A DNA stretch of 64,000 bases from Candidatus Bathyarchaeota archaeon (GTDB lineage Archaea > Thermoproteota > Bathyarchaeia > Bathyarchaeales > Bathycorpusculaceae): the NCBI GenBank assembly GCA_963715865.1, contig OY970280.1, positions 1,792,001-1,856,000 on the forward strand, given 5' to 3'. The notes under the pieces were generated by a model. That model was not told the DNA's origin. It searched no databases and was given only the letters and a program-made list of their open reading frames with translations. The position numbers and the translations under genes are program-made. Within the stretch, counting starts at the first letter, position 1; the number at the start of each line of letters is the position of its first letter. Shown here piece by piece: positions 18,672-29,329 of the stretch.

Positions 18672-19943
18672 ATGAACATAACAGAAAAAATCTTGGCTAA
18701 AGCATCAGGCAAAAAAACCGTGCACTCAGGAGAAATCGTGGATGCAAACGTAGACATGGTAATGGTGCATGATTTAACTGGACCTTTAGCCGTTGAAGCC
18801 TTCAAAAAAATAGGCGTAGAAAAAGTTTGGGATAACCAAAAAGTAGTGGTGATTCTGGACCACCAGGTACCGGCTGAGTCCGTTAAAGCTGCGGAACTGC
18901 ACAAGACCATGCGCCAATTCGCCAAAGACCAAAAACTACGTTTATACGATGTAGGCAAAGGCGGAATCTGCCACCAAGTCATGCCTGAAAAAGGGCATGT
19001 GGTTCCTGGAACAGTTATCGTAGGCGCTGATTCTCACACTTGCACTTACGGTGCCTTCGGCGCTTTCGCAACAGGAATAGGCTCAACTGAAGCAGCAGCG
19101 GTTTTTGCTACTGGAAAGATTTGGCTGAAGGTGCCTGAAGCGATTAAAGTAAACGTGACTGGGCAATTCCAAAAGTACGTTACACCAAAAGACCTAATCC
19201 TGTCAATAATCGGGCGGATAGGTGCTGATGGCGCAATATACAAAAGCGCCGAATTCACCGGTCCAACGATAAAAAGCATGAGCATGTCTGGAAGGATGAC
19301 GCTGTGCAATATGGCTGTGGAAATGGGCGCCAAAAATGGCATCATAGAACCAGATGAAACAACTCGCAAGTTCTTAGAAGGCAGAACCAGCAAGACACTG
19401 CCCAACTTTGATACATTGAAAAGTGATAAAGACGCAGTTTACGAACGGACAATGGAATTTGACGTGACAAGTTTAGAGCCACAAATTGCTTGCCCATCAT
19501 CAGTCGATAACGTTAAGCCAGTTTCAGAAGTAGGCAACGTTCCAATCGAACAAGCATTCATCGGCTCATGCACCAACGGCAGAATCGAAGATTTACGCTT
19601 AGCCGCCCAAGTCCTAAAGGGCAAACGCGTAAAAGACACTGTTAGGACACTGGTGATTCCAGCTTCCCAAGAAGTTTACCGACAAGCTTTGAACGAAGGT
19701 CTAATGGAAATCTTCACCGATGCAGGAGCAATGGTTTGCGGTTCAGCGTGCGGTCCATGCTTAGGCGGCCACATAGGATTATTGGCAGCAGGCGAGGTTT
19801 GCGTAAGTACTTCAAATAGGAACTTTATCGGAAGAATGGGCAGCACCCAAGCCAGCGTATACTTGGCTTCTCCAGCAACAGTTGCTGCTTCAGCAGTCAC
19901 AGGCAAAATCACTGACCCGAGAAAACTGGAGGCAAAAGCATGA
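18672..19943 (+). CDS. leuC: 3-isopropylmalate dehydratase/homoaconitase large subunit
   Basis: DH, GICHQ, DSHTCT, IGSCTNGR, CGPCLG, STSNRNF.GRMG, YLASP. Confidence 0.92.
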   Translation: MNITEKILAKASGKKTVHSGEIVDANVDMVMVHDLTGPLAVEAFKKIGVEKVWDNQKVVVILDHQVPAESVKAAELHKTMRQFAKDQKLRLYDVGKGGICHQVMPEKGHVVPGTVIVGADSHTCTYGAFGAFATGIGSTEAAAVFATGKIWLKVPEAIKVNVTGQFQKYVTPKDLILSIIGRIGADGAIYKSAEFTGPTIKSMSMSGRMTLCNMAVEMGAKNGIIEPDETTRKFLEGRTSKTLPNFDTLKSDKDAVYERTMEFDVTSLEPQIACPSSVDNVKPVSEVGNVPIEQAFIGSCTNGRIEDLRLAAQVLKGKRVKDTVRTLVIPASQEVYRQALNEGLMEIFTDAGAMVCGSACGPCLGGHIGLLAAGEVCVSTSNRNFIGRMGSTQASVYLASPATVAASAVTGKITDPRKLEAKA

Positions 19944-20443
19944 ACATGAAAATCAAGGGCACCGCAATAAAATTCGGAAACAACATCGACACAGACGTTA
20001 TCTTGCCTGGAAAATACCTAATCATAGTTGACCCTTACGAGTTAGCAAAACATGCCCTAGAGAGCTTAGACCCAGCGTTTCCTGAGAAAGCAAAAAAAGG
20101 CGTAATCTTAGTAGGCGGCAAAAACTTCGGATGCGGCTCAAGCCGAGAACAAGCGCCTTTAGCCTTAAAGTATGCAGGCGTGAAATGCGTGTTAGCCGAA
20201 TCCTTCGCGCGCATCTTCTTCCGAAACGCCATAAACATCGGCTTACCAGTAATTGAGTGCAAAGGCATATCCGCCGCGGTTGAAACAGGCGACGAATTAG
20301 CTGTGGACTTTGAAGCTGGCAAGATAGAAAACGTTTCTAAAGGCAAAAGCTTTCAAGTGAACAAGCTTCCACCGTTTATCTTAGAGATATTGTCGGATGG
20401 AGGATTAATCGAAAACTTACGAAGGAGAATGAACAAAAAATGA
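19940..20443 (+). CDS. leuD: 3-isopropylmalate dehydratase small subunit
   Basis: NIDTDVI, NFGCGSSREQAP, SFARIFFRN. Confidence 0.92.
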   Translation: MNMKIKGTAIKFGNNIDTDVILPGKYLIIVDPYELAKHALESLDPAFPEKAKKGVILVGGKNFGCGSSREQAPLALKYAGVKCVLAESFARIFFRNAINIGLPVIECKGISAAVETGDELAVDFEAGKIENVSKGKSFQVNKLPPFILEILSDGGLIENLRRRMNKK

Positions 20444-21477
20444 CAGAGTACAAAATATCTCTCATTCCAGGTGACGGAATCGGACCAGAATTAACCGAAG
20501 CCACCCTGAAAGTTCTAGAATCAGCACAGAAAAAATTCGGGCTAAATCTGAAAATCATTGAGGCAGAAGCAGGCGACGCAACCTTAGCTAAAAGAGGCGC
20601 CGCTTTACCCGAAGACACCGTGCAAAAAATTAAGGACTCTCACGTTTGCTTAAAGGGACCTGTAGGCGAAAGTGCAGCCGATGTCATAGTGAAGTTACGT
20701 TTAATGTTTGATCTTTACGCTAATTTGCGTCCACTGAAGGCTTATCCTGCGGTTGCTGTGGCTAGGCCAGACATTGACATGATGTTTGTTAGGGAGAACA
20801 CTGAGGACGTTTACAAAGGCTTAGAATTCACCATAGGTAACGACACAACCTTATGCCTTAGAGTTATTACCCGAAGTAATTGTGAACGCATAGCCAAAAA
20901 AGCCTTCGAAATTGCACGCTTACGCAATGGCAAAAAGAAAGTAACCGCCATACACAAAGCCAACGTTATGCGCGTGACCGACGGCTTATTCGCAAGCATA
21001 TGCCGTGAAACAGCAAAACAGTACCCAGACATCGCTTTCAACGAGTTATATGTTGATGCAGCGTCGATGCGTCTAATAAAAGAGCCACAAGAATTCGACG
21101 TCCTGTGCACCTGCAACATGTTCGGCGACATCCTCTCAGACGAAGCAGCTCAACTAATTGGCGGATTAGGCATGGCTCCAGGCGCAAACATAGGTGACAA
21201 CTTTGCACTCTTCGAACCCATACACGGTTCAGCACCAAACAGGGCTGGAAAACACACGGCAAACCCAATCTCCATGATACTAAGCGCAAAAATGATGCTG
21301 GACTGGCTAGGCGAGAAATACAACGACAAGAAATGCACCAACGCTGGCAAAGCAATAGAAAACGGAGTAATACAAGCGTTACGTAACGGTCAAACTGTTC
21401 CAGACTGCGGCGGCAACACCACGACCGTGGGAATGGCAGAAGCCATTGCTGCAGCCATAACAGTGAAAACTGGTTGA
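20440..21477 (+). CDS. leuB: 3-isopropylmalate dehydrogenase
   Basis: GDGIGPE, VRENTED.Y, HKANV, NMFGDILSD, FEPIHGSAP. Confidence 0.9.
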   Translation: MTEYKISLIPGDGIGPELTEATLKVLESAQKKFGLNLKIIEAEAGDATLAKRGAALPEDTVQKIKDSHVCLKGPVGESAADVIVKLRLMFDLYANLRPLKAYPAVAVARPDIDMMFVRENTEDVYKGLEFTIGNDTTLCLRVITRSNCERIAKKAFEIARLRNGKKKVTAIHKANVMRVTDGLFASICRETAKQYPDIAFNELYVDAASMRLIKEPQEFDVLCTCNMFGDILSDEAAQLIGGLGMAPGANIGDNFALFEPIHGSAPNRAGKHTANPISMILSAKMMLDWLGEKYNDKKCTNAGKAIENGVIQALRNGQTVPDCGGNTTTVGMAEAIAAAITVKTG

Positions 21478-21481
21478 AAAA

Positions 21482-23005
21482 ATGAACAATAAAAACTCAA
21501 AACGTATCAGAATTTTTGACACTACATTGAGAGATGGTGAACAAACACCTGGCGTATCTTTAACTGCAGAGGACAAGATTGAGATTGCACGTCAACTAAG
21601 CAAGCTAGGCGTTGACGTTATCGAAGCCGGTTTTCCAAGTTCTTCAGAGGGCGAGAAAAAAGTTGTTAGAGAAATCGCAAAAGCTGGTTTAGAACCGGAA
21701 ATCTGCGCTTTGTCACGTGCAACACAAGGCGATATTGATGCTGCAATCGACTGCGACGTTGACTTAATTCACGTGTTTATTCCCACTTCGCCTGTGCAAA
21801 TGAAGTATGCGGTAAACTTGACGCCTGAACAAGTGCTATCTTCTGCTGTAGAGTCGATTGAACGTGTAAAGAAACATGGCATTAAATGCGAGTTTTCACC
21901 AATGGATGCCACACGTTCAGAAATGCCCTTCCTAAAACAGGTTTGCCAAGCCGCGGAGAAAGCAGGCATGGACCGCCTAAACGTTCCAGACACCGTGGGC
22001 ATAATGATTCCGAAAACAACCATCAAGCTCATTGAAGAACTGAAAACCGTAGTTAACGTTCCCATAAGCATACATTGCCACGACGACTTCGGCATGGCAG
22101 TCGCAAACTCGCTGGCCGCTGTTGAAGCCGGCGCTGCTCAAGTGCACGTTGCCGTCAACGGCTTAGGCGAGAGAGCAGGAAACGCTTCGCTGGAAGAAGT
22201 GGTTATGGCGTTGCACATGATTTACAAGTACAAAACAGGCGTAAACACGAGATTATTATACAGCACTTCCCGAATGGTTGCTTCATTGACTGGCATAGCT
22301 GTGCAAGCTAACAAGGCGATTGTTGGCGAAAACGCTTTTGCCCATGAATCTGGAATTCATACTCGTGGCGTAACAGAGAAACCATTAACCTTTGAGCCAA
22401 TAAAGCCCGAGCTGGTTGGGCGCACAAGAAAACTTGTTGCTGGAAAACTAGCGGGAACACGTGGCATAAAAGCTGAACTGGAAGAGATAGACATTCACCC
22501 AACCGAAGAGCAACTGAAAGAAATCGTCCAACGCGTCAAAGACTTAGGCGACAAGGGCAAAATGGTGACGGATGCTGATTTGCTGGCGTTAACTTCTGCA
22601 GTCATAGGCGAAGTGATAGGGGAAGAAAAAATCGTTGACCTATGCGACTTAGCTGTTGTAACAGGCATCAAAGTGATCCCGACAGCGTCAGTCAGGCTGG
22701 TCTTAGATGGGAAAGAGTACATTGCGGCAGAAACAGGCGTGGGTCCAGTTGACGCTGTTCTGAAAGCAATACAAAAACTAACTAACAACCTAGAAAATAT
22801 ACGGCTCAGCGAATACCGTCTTGAAGCTATAACTGGCGGTTCAAACGCGGTAGCTGAAGTAGTTATAAAAGTTGAAGACGAAAAAGGCAACATTGTTTCA
22901 GCACGGGCAGCCAGAGAAGACATTGTTATGGCTAGCGTTGAAGCAATGATAAACGGTATAAACAAGCTCTTGATAAAGAATCGTAAGCAGGGAAACAAAA
23001 AGTGA
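21482..23005 (+). CDS. leuA: 2-isopropylmalate/citramalate synthase
   Basis: DTTLRDGEQ, HCHDD.G, GERAGNA, HESGIH, C-terminal GVGPVDA regulatory domain; LeuA versus CimA specificity cannot be resolved. Confidence 0.85.
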   Translation: MNNKNSKRIRIFDTTLRDGEQTPGVSLTAEDKIEIARQLSKLGVDVIEAGFPSSSEGEKKVVREIAKAGLEPEICALSRATQGDIDAAIDCDVDLIHVFIPTSPVQMKYAVNLTPEQVLSSAVESIERVKKHGIKCEFSPMDATRSEMPFLKQVCQAAEKAGMDRLNVPDTVGIMIPKTTIKLIEELKTVVNVPISIHCHDDFGMAVANSLAAVEAGAAQVHVAVNGLGERAGNASLEEVVMALHMIYKYKTGVNTRLLYSTSRMVASLTGIAVQANKAIVGENAFAHESGIHTRGVTEKPLTFEPIKPELVGRTRKLVAGKLAGTRGIKAELEEIDIHPTEEQLKEIVQRVKDLGDKGKMVTDADLLALTSAVIGEVIGEEKIVDLCDLAVVTGIKVIPTASVRLVLDGKEYIAAETGVGPVDAVLKAIQKLTNNLENIRLSEYRLEAITGGSNAVAEVVIKVEDEKGNIVSARAAREDIVMASVEAMINGINKLLIKNRKQGNKK

Positions 23006-23817
23006 AAACAGTAGCCTTCCAAGGCGAACGAGGCGCTTACAGCGAAAACGCCGTCTTCCAGTTCTTCGGGTTCGACACACAGGTTAAACCCTGTAAAGAC
23101 TTCAAGGACGTTTTTGACAGCGTTTGCACGCAGGAAACAAAGTTCGGCGTAGTGCCCGTCGAGAACAGCTTAGAGGGCAGCATCACCCAGAACTACGACC
23201 TCTTTCTCAAGTACGATTTGAAAGTATGCGCTGAAGTCATAGTGAAAGTTGAACACTGCCTCATCGCAAACCCCGGCACAGCGTTGGAAGACATCAAAGT
23301 TGTTTATTCGCATCCGCAGGCGCTGGGACAATGCCGAAGCTTCCTTGAGGAGTTCGGACGCGAACTCATATCAACATATGACACCGCAGGCAGCGTTAAA
23401 ATGATAAAAGAAAAAAGCCTAAAAAACGCAGCGGCAATCGCCAGCGAAAGAGCAGCAAACATCTACGGCATGCACATCCTCGCCAAAGACATCGCAGACA
23501 ACCCCGAAAACTACACCCGCTTCTTCGTCCTATCCACACAAGACTCGGCGCCAACAGGCAAAGACAAAACCAGCATAATCTTCTCAGCCAAACATGAGCC
23601 AGGCTCACTTTACCATGCGCTGGGAGAATTTGCTAAGCGAAACATTAACTTGACTAAAATCGAATCAAGACCTACAAAGAAGACGCCTTGGGAATACAAT
23701 TTTTGCCTCGATTTTGAAGGACATAGAACCGAACCTCGCTGCGCAGAAGCACTAAAAGCATTAGAGAAATATGCTATTTTCGTTAGGATATTGGGTTCTT
23801 ACCCTAAAGCCGCTTAA
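23002..23817 (+). CDS. pheA: Prephenate dehydratase
   Basis: FQGERGAYS, VPVENS.EGS, SHPQALGQC, NYTRF, LTKIESRP. Confidence 0.95.
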   Translation: MKTVAFQGERGAYSENAVFQFFGFDTQVKPCKDFKDVFDSVCTQETKFGVVPVENSLEGSITQNYDLFLKYDLKVCAEVIVKVEHCLIANPGTALEDIKVVYSHPQALGQCRSFLEEFGRELISTYDTAGSVKMIKEKSLKNAAAIASERAANIYGMHILAKDIADNPENYTRFFVLSTQDSAPTGKDKTSIIFSAKHEPGSLYHALGEFAKRNINLTKIESRPTKKTPWEYNFCLDFEGHRTEPRCAEALKALEKYAIFVRILGSYPKAA

Positions 23818-23822
23818 CCACA

Positions 23823-24698
23823 TCAGCTTTCAGTTGATTCTAACATTTTATACATAACTTCATACGACTTAGCAAAGTCACTATCAGCTTCCATCAATTT
23901 TGCCTTCAAGCGCTCCATTCTTTTCACAATTGCTTCTGCATCATTGTTTTTAATTAGGTTCAGCCATTCCTTTGCTTTAGCCATAAACAAGTCTTCGATT
24001 TTTCCCAGTTCAGGCAAGTTCGTTTGCAGACTTGCGTAGAGGTCTGGTGTTTCCAAAGCCGTTGCTTCAGCCAAAGTGAACAACATCCTGTACGTGGTGC
24101 CAGCGACTTTTTTTGTTTCCGTAAAATCTTTCTGTTCCAGAAGCGTTTCACAAGCAACTAAGCCTAGAAAATGTGGTAAACCAAGAACAATCGACATCAT
24201 CTCGTCATGCCGTTTCGGAGACATGACAAAAACGTGCGCTTCCTCTTGCTCTAACCACTTCTTGAATTCTTCCGCAAACTTTTCCTCCTTAGCGTTTGTC
24301 GGAGTAAGAATGTAGGCTTTATGTTTGACGCCGTTGCTTCCTGGACCGAAAACTGGATGCGTGCCCAAAACTAAAGCTCCTTTTATGTACTTGTGCATGA
24401 CTTTGACAGGAGTTTCTTTGATTGAACATATATCCATAACAACTTGTCCTTGGTGAATTGCTGGGCTTATAGTTTTGACTACTTCTTCAAAAGCGTTGAT
24501 GGATACGCAAATTAAAACTTGGTCAGCGTCAGTAACTGCTTCCTTGAAATCGGCAGTCATCTTAACTTGTAATTCTTTTTTCAAATTGGTTATTCTTTCT
24601 TTTTTCCTGTCAGCAACTACAACATCGTAGCCTTTTGAATGGAAAAATTTAGCGAACCATACTCCCATTTTTCCAGCGCCGATTATGGCGATTCTCAT
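23823..24698 (-). CDS. tyrA: Prephenate dehydrogenase
   Basis: IIGAGKMG Rossmann motif, DICSIK, HPVFGP, HDEMM...LPH. Confidence 0.92.
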   Translation of the reverse strand: MRIAIIGAGKMGVWFAKFFHSKGYDVVVADRKKERITNLKKELQVKMTADFKEAVTDADQVLICVSINAFEEVVKTISPAIHQGQVVMDICSIKETPVKVMHKYIKGALVLGTHPVFGPGSNGVKHKAYILTPTNAKEEKFAEEFKKWLEQEEAHVFVMSPKRHDEMMSIVLGLPHFLGLVACETLLEQKDFTETKKVAGTTYRMLFTLAEATALETPDLYASLQTNLPELGKIEDLFMAKAKEWLNLIKNNDAEAIVKRMERLKAKLMEADSDFAKSYEVMYKMLESTES

Positions 24699-25774
24699 TC
24701 AAGCGCCTCGCTTATTATGTCTAATGCGGTTTCTATTTCCTCTCTGGGCGCAGTTAAGGAGATTCTGAAGTGCTCTCTGTAATCACCGAACGCTGTGCCT
24801 GGAGCTACTGCTACGCCTTTGTCCAGCAAGTCTAAGGTGAATTTTTCCGAGTTTAAGCCTGGCCGCTTGGGGAAAACGTAAAATGGTGCTTCGGGTTTTG
24901 TGAATGAGAACCCTGCTTTGGCTAAGGTTTTGCTTGCCATTTTTGCTCGTTCTTCGTATTCTTCTTTTATTTTTGTTGAGAGTTGCTTTTGCATTTCCAG
25001 CGCTTTTAGTGCCGCTTCTTGTATGAATACTGGAACGTTGTTGATGGTGATTTGGTTAAGTTTTGTTATGTTGTCTATTAACTCCTTGTTCGCTATGAGG
25101 TAGCCGATTCGCCAACCTGTCATGGTAAATGTCTTGGAGAAACCGTTGGAGAGAATATGGTTGCGGTTGCCGTTATACTCTAGGATACTTTTTGTTTTAA
25201 CGAAACTGATTGTTCCGTAGATTTCGTCTGAGAGGATAGTGACGCCTTTCTTGTTGGCTATTTCCACTATGCCGTCAAGGGTTTCAGCATCCATGACTTT
25301 GCTTGTAGGATTATTAGGGTTGTTCAAAATTATCATTCGCGTGTCCTTATCGATTAGGCTTTCAAGTTTATCAAGATCGACTTTCCAATCGTTTTCCATC
25401 TCAGTTCTTAACAGTTTAGTCTGAGCACCAAGCGTTTTAGCTATTAACTCGTAAGCGGTCCAGTAAGGCGTGGGGATAATGACATTTCCTCCACCCTTCA
25501 GCATAAGGAACATGGTGGCGAATATGCCCCATTTTGAACCAGGCGTTATAACTACGTTTTCAGCTTTAACTCCATGGAGTTCAGCGAGCTTTTCTCTAAG
25601 TTTGTTCTCACCGTAGGATGAAGAATACTTTGTTTTGCCCGCCTTCATTGCCGCGTACGCAGCTTCAACTATCTCATTAGGCGTAGCTAAGTCTGGGTCG
25701 CCTAGGTTTAAGCGTATTATTTTTTTACCTTCGCTTTCAAGCTTTAGGGCTTTCTCGTTTATTTCGTAGAGCAC
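24695..25774 (-). CDS. Class I/II PLP aminotransferase (aspartate/aromatic)
   Basis: NNPNNPT, SDEIY, SKTFTMTGWRIG. Confidence 0.92.
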   Translation of the reverse strand: MLYEINEKALKLESEGKKIIRLNLGDPDLATPNEIVEAAYAAMKAGKTKYSSSYGENKLREKLAELHGVKAENVVITPGSKWGIFATMFLMLKGGGNVIIPTPYWTAYELIAKTLGAQTKLLRTEMENDWKVDLDKLESLIDKDTRMIILNNPNNPTSKVMDAETLDGIVEIANKKGVTILSDEIYGTISFVKTKSILEYNGNRNHILSNGFSKTFTMTGWRIGYLIANKELIDNITKLNQITINNVPVFIQEAALKALEMQKQLSTKIKEEYEERAKMASKTLAKAGFSFTKPEAPFYVFPKRPGLNSEKFTLDLLDKGVAVAPGTAFGDYREHFRISLTAPREEIETALDIISEALE

Positions 25775-25803
25775 AGGTATTAACTCTCCGTTGAGAGGTC
25801 TTT

Positions 25804-26064
25804 TTACTCTTGAACAGCACTACACATATTAACTATTTCGCGGTAAACCGCTTCAACTTGAAGGGGATCAAGATGAAATTGGACTGCCTTTTCTTTGACA
25901 TGTTTGTAGAGTTCATTTTCTCTGGGCGCGTCTCTTATTTGCATTCCTTGCTTTTTCTTAGCTAAGCCAATAGCCCTGCATATTTTGGCTCTTTCACTGA
26001 GTGCATTTAGGATTTGTTCGTCGACTTCGTCCACTCTTTTTCGAAGCTGTTGGATGTCATCCAT
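25804..26064 (-). CDS. aroQ: Chorismate mutase (AroQ class)
   Basis: LRKRVDEVDEQIL..LSER...IG..K...IRD..RE. Confidence 0.9.
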   Translation of the reverse strand: MDDIQQLRKRVDEVDEQILNALSERAKICRAIGLAKKKQGMQIRDAPRENELYKHVKEKAVQFHLDPLQVEAVYREIVNMCSAVQE

Positions 26065-27170
26065 TATTTTTGTCTCTCCAAAACTTTCGGTATTAAACCA
26101 GCGCGAATCATATGGTCAGCTAAGGTTATGGCGACCGCAGATTCAACAGCGGGCACGGCTTTTGGGACCACGCACGGGTCATGTCTGCCCTTAATGCTTA
26201 GACTCGCGTTTTCCATCGTAGACAGGTTAACGGTCTTCTGCTCTTTACCAATGGAAGGTGTTGGTTTTATTGCTACCCGTATCATGATTGGCATGCCAGT
26301 GGATAATCCGCCCAAGATTCCGCCCATATTATCCGTTATTGTTGCAACCTTTCCGCTTTGCATAATGTAGGGGTCGTTGCTTTCTGAGCCCTTTAACTCT
26401 GCAACTCTAAAGCCCAAGCCAAACTCAACCCCTTTCACAGCGGGAACATTAAACAGTGCCTTCGCTAAATCGGCATCAAGCGAATCAAACAATGGCTCTC
26501 CAACTCCTACTGGAACGTTTACGGCGATGCATTCAACTACTCCGCCAAGGCTGTCGCCTTCTTTTCTCGCAGTGACTATGGCTTCTTCCATTCTTTCTGC
26601 ACAGGCTAAGTCTGGGCAGCGCGTAGCCGCTGTGTACCTGTTCTTGCGGATTTCCTCAGCACTAAACTTTTTATCAGCTTTAACTTTGCCAACAGCCCTT
26701 GTGTAAGCTAAAACGTCAACGCCGAATCTGCTTAGCAATTTTTTGGCTACTGCACCAGCCATGATAAGTGCCACTGTGACTCTGCCTGAGAAGCGCCCGC
26801 CGCCACGATAATCATTAAAGCCACAATACTTCACACGCGCAGGATAATCAGCATGAGACGGGCGGGGCAGATCTTTGATTGCCTCGTAGTCACTTGAGTC
26901 AATTTCCTTGTTCTCAACTATCAAGGCTATTGGAGCGCCAGTTGTAAAACCGTTAAAAATTCCTGAGAGAATTTTGGCAACGTCTTTTTCGATTCTTTCA
27001 GAAACAATTTTTGGCTGTGCTGGAATTCGCCTATCTAGTTCCACTTGGATGTCTGCTTCAGAAAGGGGCAATCCCGCAGGGCAACCATCTACTACAACGC
27101 CGACGTATTTGCCGTGGCTTTCGCCGAAAGTGGTTATTGTGAATTCTTTACCTATCGAATTTCCCGCCAA
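26064..27170 (-). CDS. aroC: Chorismate synthase
   Basis: GESHG, PRPSHAD, GGGRFSGR, KPTPSI, GRHDPCV. Confidence 0.97.
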   Translation of the reverse strand: MAGNSIGKEFTITTFGESHGKYVGVVVDGCPAGLPLSEADIQVELDRRIPAQPKIVSERIEKDVAKILSGIFNGFTTGAPIALIVENKEIDSSDYEAIKDLPRPSHADYPARVKYCGFNDYRGGGRFSGRVTVALIMAGAVAKKLLSRFGVDVLAYTRAVGKVKADKKFSAEEIRKNRYTAATRCPDLACAERMEEAIVTARKEGDSLGGVVECIAVNVPVGVGEPLFDSLDADLAKALFNVPAVKGVEFGLGFRVAELKGSESNDPYIMQSGKVATITDNMGGILGGLSTGMPIMIRVAIKPTPSIGKEQKTVNLSTMENASLSIKGRHDPCVVPKAVPAVESAVAITLADHMIRAGLIPKVLERQK

Positions 27171-28452
27171 CTATGTCAGCTCCTATCTGTTTTAGATGAG
27201 TGAAGAACTGTGGATAAGACTTTCTAACGCATTCTGCGTTTTGAATAGTGGTTTCTCCTTCTGCGCCTAAAGCTGCAACCGAGCAAGCCATCGCGATACG
27301 ATGGTCATTATGCGGATCAAGCACTGCACCATGCAAGGCACAGGGACCTTTCACAGTTAGACTGGTGGCGTCCATATCTATCTGGGCGCCCAGCTTTCTC
27401 AGCTCAACATAAAGCGACGACAACCTATCCGACTCTTTTAACCTGAGCCTTTGCGCACCGCTTATTCGAGAAGTGCCCTTCGCATAACATGCAAGCACTG
27501 CACAAGCTGGAACCAGATCAGGGATGTTTTTCGCGTCAACTTTAAGAGCCTCAAGTGAACTGCCTGTTCCATTGATTTCAACGCTGTTCTCGCATACTTT
27601 TCCAGCAACGCCCATTTGCTTGAGGATGCCCAGAATCGCCTTATCTCCTTGAACGCTCTCATAATCAAGATTGTTTATTTTCACTTTCGAGTTGGTTATG
27701 GCTGCGGCAGCAAGGAGAAAGGAAGCTGAAGAGAAATCACCCGGCACCCTGCAGTCACAGGGCTTATACGTTTGATTGGCTGGAATGTATATGCGCTCAA
27801 AGTTTTTTTGAATTTCAACTTTAACTCCATGCTTGGCGAGGACCTCTTGGGTCATTTTAACGTAATCTGCAGATTCTAGCGGCGTGGTAAGAATGATGTC
27901 TGTATCCTTCTTTGCTAATGGGCAAGCAAACATCAATCCAGAAATAAATTGCGAACTAACGTCGCCCGGAATAGAGGTTTTGCCTCCAAGAATGCCACCG
28001 CCCTCAACAAACATGGCATTTTTACCGCCGAGTTTTTGAGACTGCACTTTTGCACCGAGTTCTTTGAGGCTTTGAAGCAAAGGTTCGATGGGTCTGCGTT
28101 CAAGAGAACCACCAAAAACCAGGATTGAAGAATCAGGTGCCAGGGCAGCTACAGGTATCATGAAACGCAATGTAGCCCCAGATTCACCGCAGTCAATAGG
28201 CTCTTTTGCATTTTTAAGTGGCATTGCGCCTGCAACTGTCCAGCAGCCTTCCGCAGCTTTAACTTCTGCACCCAAAGCTGTGATGGCACGTAAAGTTGCT
28301 TCAGTGTCCTCGGAAAGCAGAGGGTTAGAGACTTTGCCAGCACCATTTGAAAGAGCAGCAGCAATAAGCATCCTCTGAGTGTAAGACTTCGATGGCGGCG
28401 CACAAACCTCACCGCTTAGCCTTGCGGTTTTCTTAACAATTACATCTGCCAT
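27148..28452 (-). CDS. aroA: EPSP synthase
   Basis: PPSKS..QR, CGESGATLR, SSQFISGL, PGDFSSA, KESDR, DHRIAM, KSYP.F. Confidence 0.96.
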   Translation of the reverse strand: MADVIVKKTARLSGEVCAPPSKSYTQRMLIAAALSNGAGKVSNPLLSEDTEATLRAITALGAEVKAAEGCWTVAGAMPLKNAKEPIDCGESGATLRFMIPVAALAPDSSILVFGGSLERRPIEPLLQSLKELGAKVQSQKLGGKNAMFVEGGGILGGKTSIPGDVSSQFISGLMFACPLAKKDTDIILTTPLESADYVKMTQEVLAKHGVKVEIQKNFERIYIPANQTYKPCDCRVPGDFSSASFLLAAAAITNSKVKINNLDYESVQGDKAILGILKQMGVAGKVCENSVEINGTGSSLEALKVDAKNIPDLVPACAVLACYAKGTSRISGAQRLRLKESDRLSSLYVELRKLGAQIDMDATSLTVKGPCALHGAVLDPHNDHRIAMACSVAALGAEGETTIQNAECVRKSYPQFFTHLKQIGADIVGGKFDR

Positions 28453-28455
28453 TGG

Positions 28456-29325
28456 CTAAAGCACCTTAGCTTTCTCACGGTTCAAACGTGCCTGCAAGAT
28501 TTCGCCGTCATATCTTTTCAAAGCAGCTTTCACTGAATCAATCTTATCCTTGGACGCAACTGCTGTTACCGCTGGACCCTTGCCGCAAAGTCCAGCCGCT
28601 ACTGCTCCAGCAGCCAGCGCGTCAATCGCAATTGAAGTGTCGTATCCTGAGGCTGAGGAGTAAATCAAGCCGTTAAGCGTCAACGCCTCCCAAACCTTTC
28701 CCTCCAAAGCTTCCTTGTAGGCGATTTCAATAAGCGGTTTTACAGTTTGCAGCCTGCTCACGTTAGAGTCGGCTGTGTACGCTTTTTCTGGCGGCACATA
28801 GAACAACACTATTAAATCTTCAGCAAACGGCAACTGCTTAACTATTTCTCGGTTCAAATTATCAGTAATCACCACACCGCCAAAGTATGAAGCACAAGCA
28901 TCGTCAAAAGCGCCTGTTACAGTCACTTTCGCATCAAAAGCCGCATCTACACCCAACTTTACAATTTCCAAATCATCAAGCGTTTTACCTAACGCCGCTG
29001 TGGCTGCTAGGGCTACTGCGTTTGCTGCTGCACTGCTGCTCTTTAATCCTTTGGCGATGGGAATGTTGGACCACGTTTTCACTTTTGCACCGAAACTATT
29101 ATCCAAACTGAATCGCTGGAGAACCCTCAACACAGTTTTTTCTATTAAGGCAGTGTTTTCTTTAGGATCAGAGGTTATTTCTGCCTTGAAAACATGAGGG
29201 TCATCCGTTAATTTGACCTCTGCCTTGGTCCACAAGTCAACCCCAAAAGCCGCGCCTTTCCCGAGTGCAATGGCGTTAACAATCGTTGCCGCACCATGCG
29301 CTATTGCCACAGCTTTATCAGTCAA
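28456..29325 (-). CDS. aroK: Archaeal (GHMP-type) shikimate kinase
   Basis: GAATIVNAIA.GKG, IPIAKGLKSSSA, TGAFDDA, GKGP. Confidence 0.93.
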   Translation of the reverse strand: MTDKAVAIAHGAATIVNAIALGKGAAFGVDLWTKAEVKLTDDPHVFKAEITSDPKENTALIEKTVLRVLQRFSLDNSFGAKVKTWSNIPIAKGLKSSSAAANAVALAATAALGKTLDDLEIVKLGVDAAFDAKVTVTGAFDDACASYFGGVVITDNLNREIVKQLPFAEDLIVLFYVPPEKAYTADSNVSRLQTVKPLIEIAYKEALEGKVWEALTLNGLIYSSASGYDTSIAIDALAAGAVAAGLCGKGPAVTAVASKDKIDSVKAALKRYDGEILQARLNREKAKVL

Positions 29326-29329
29326 CTTT

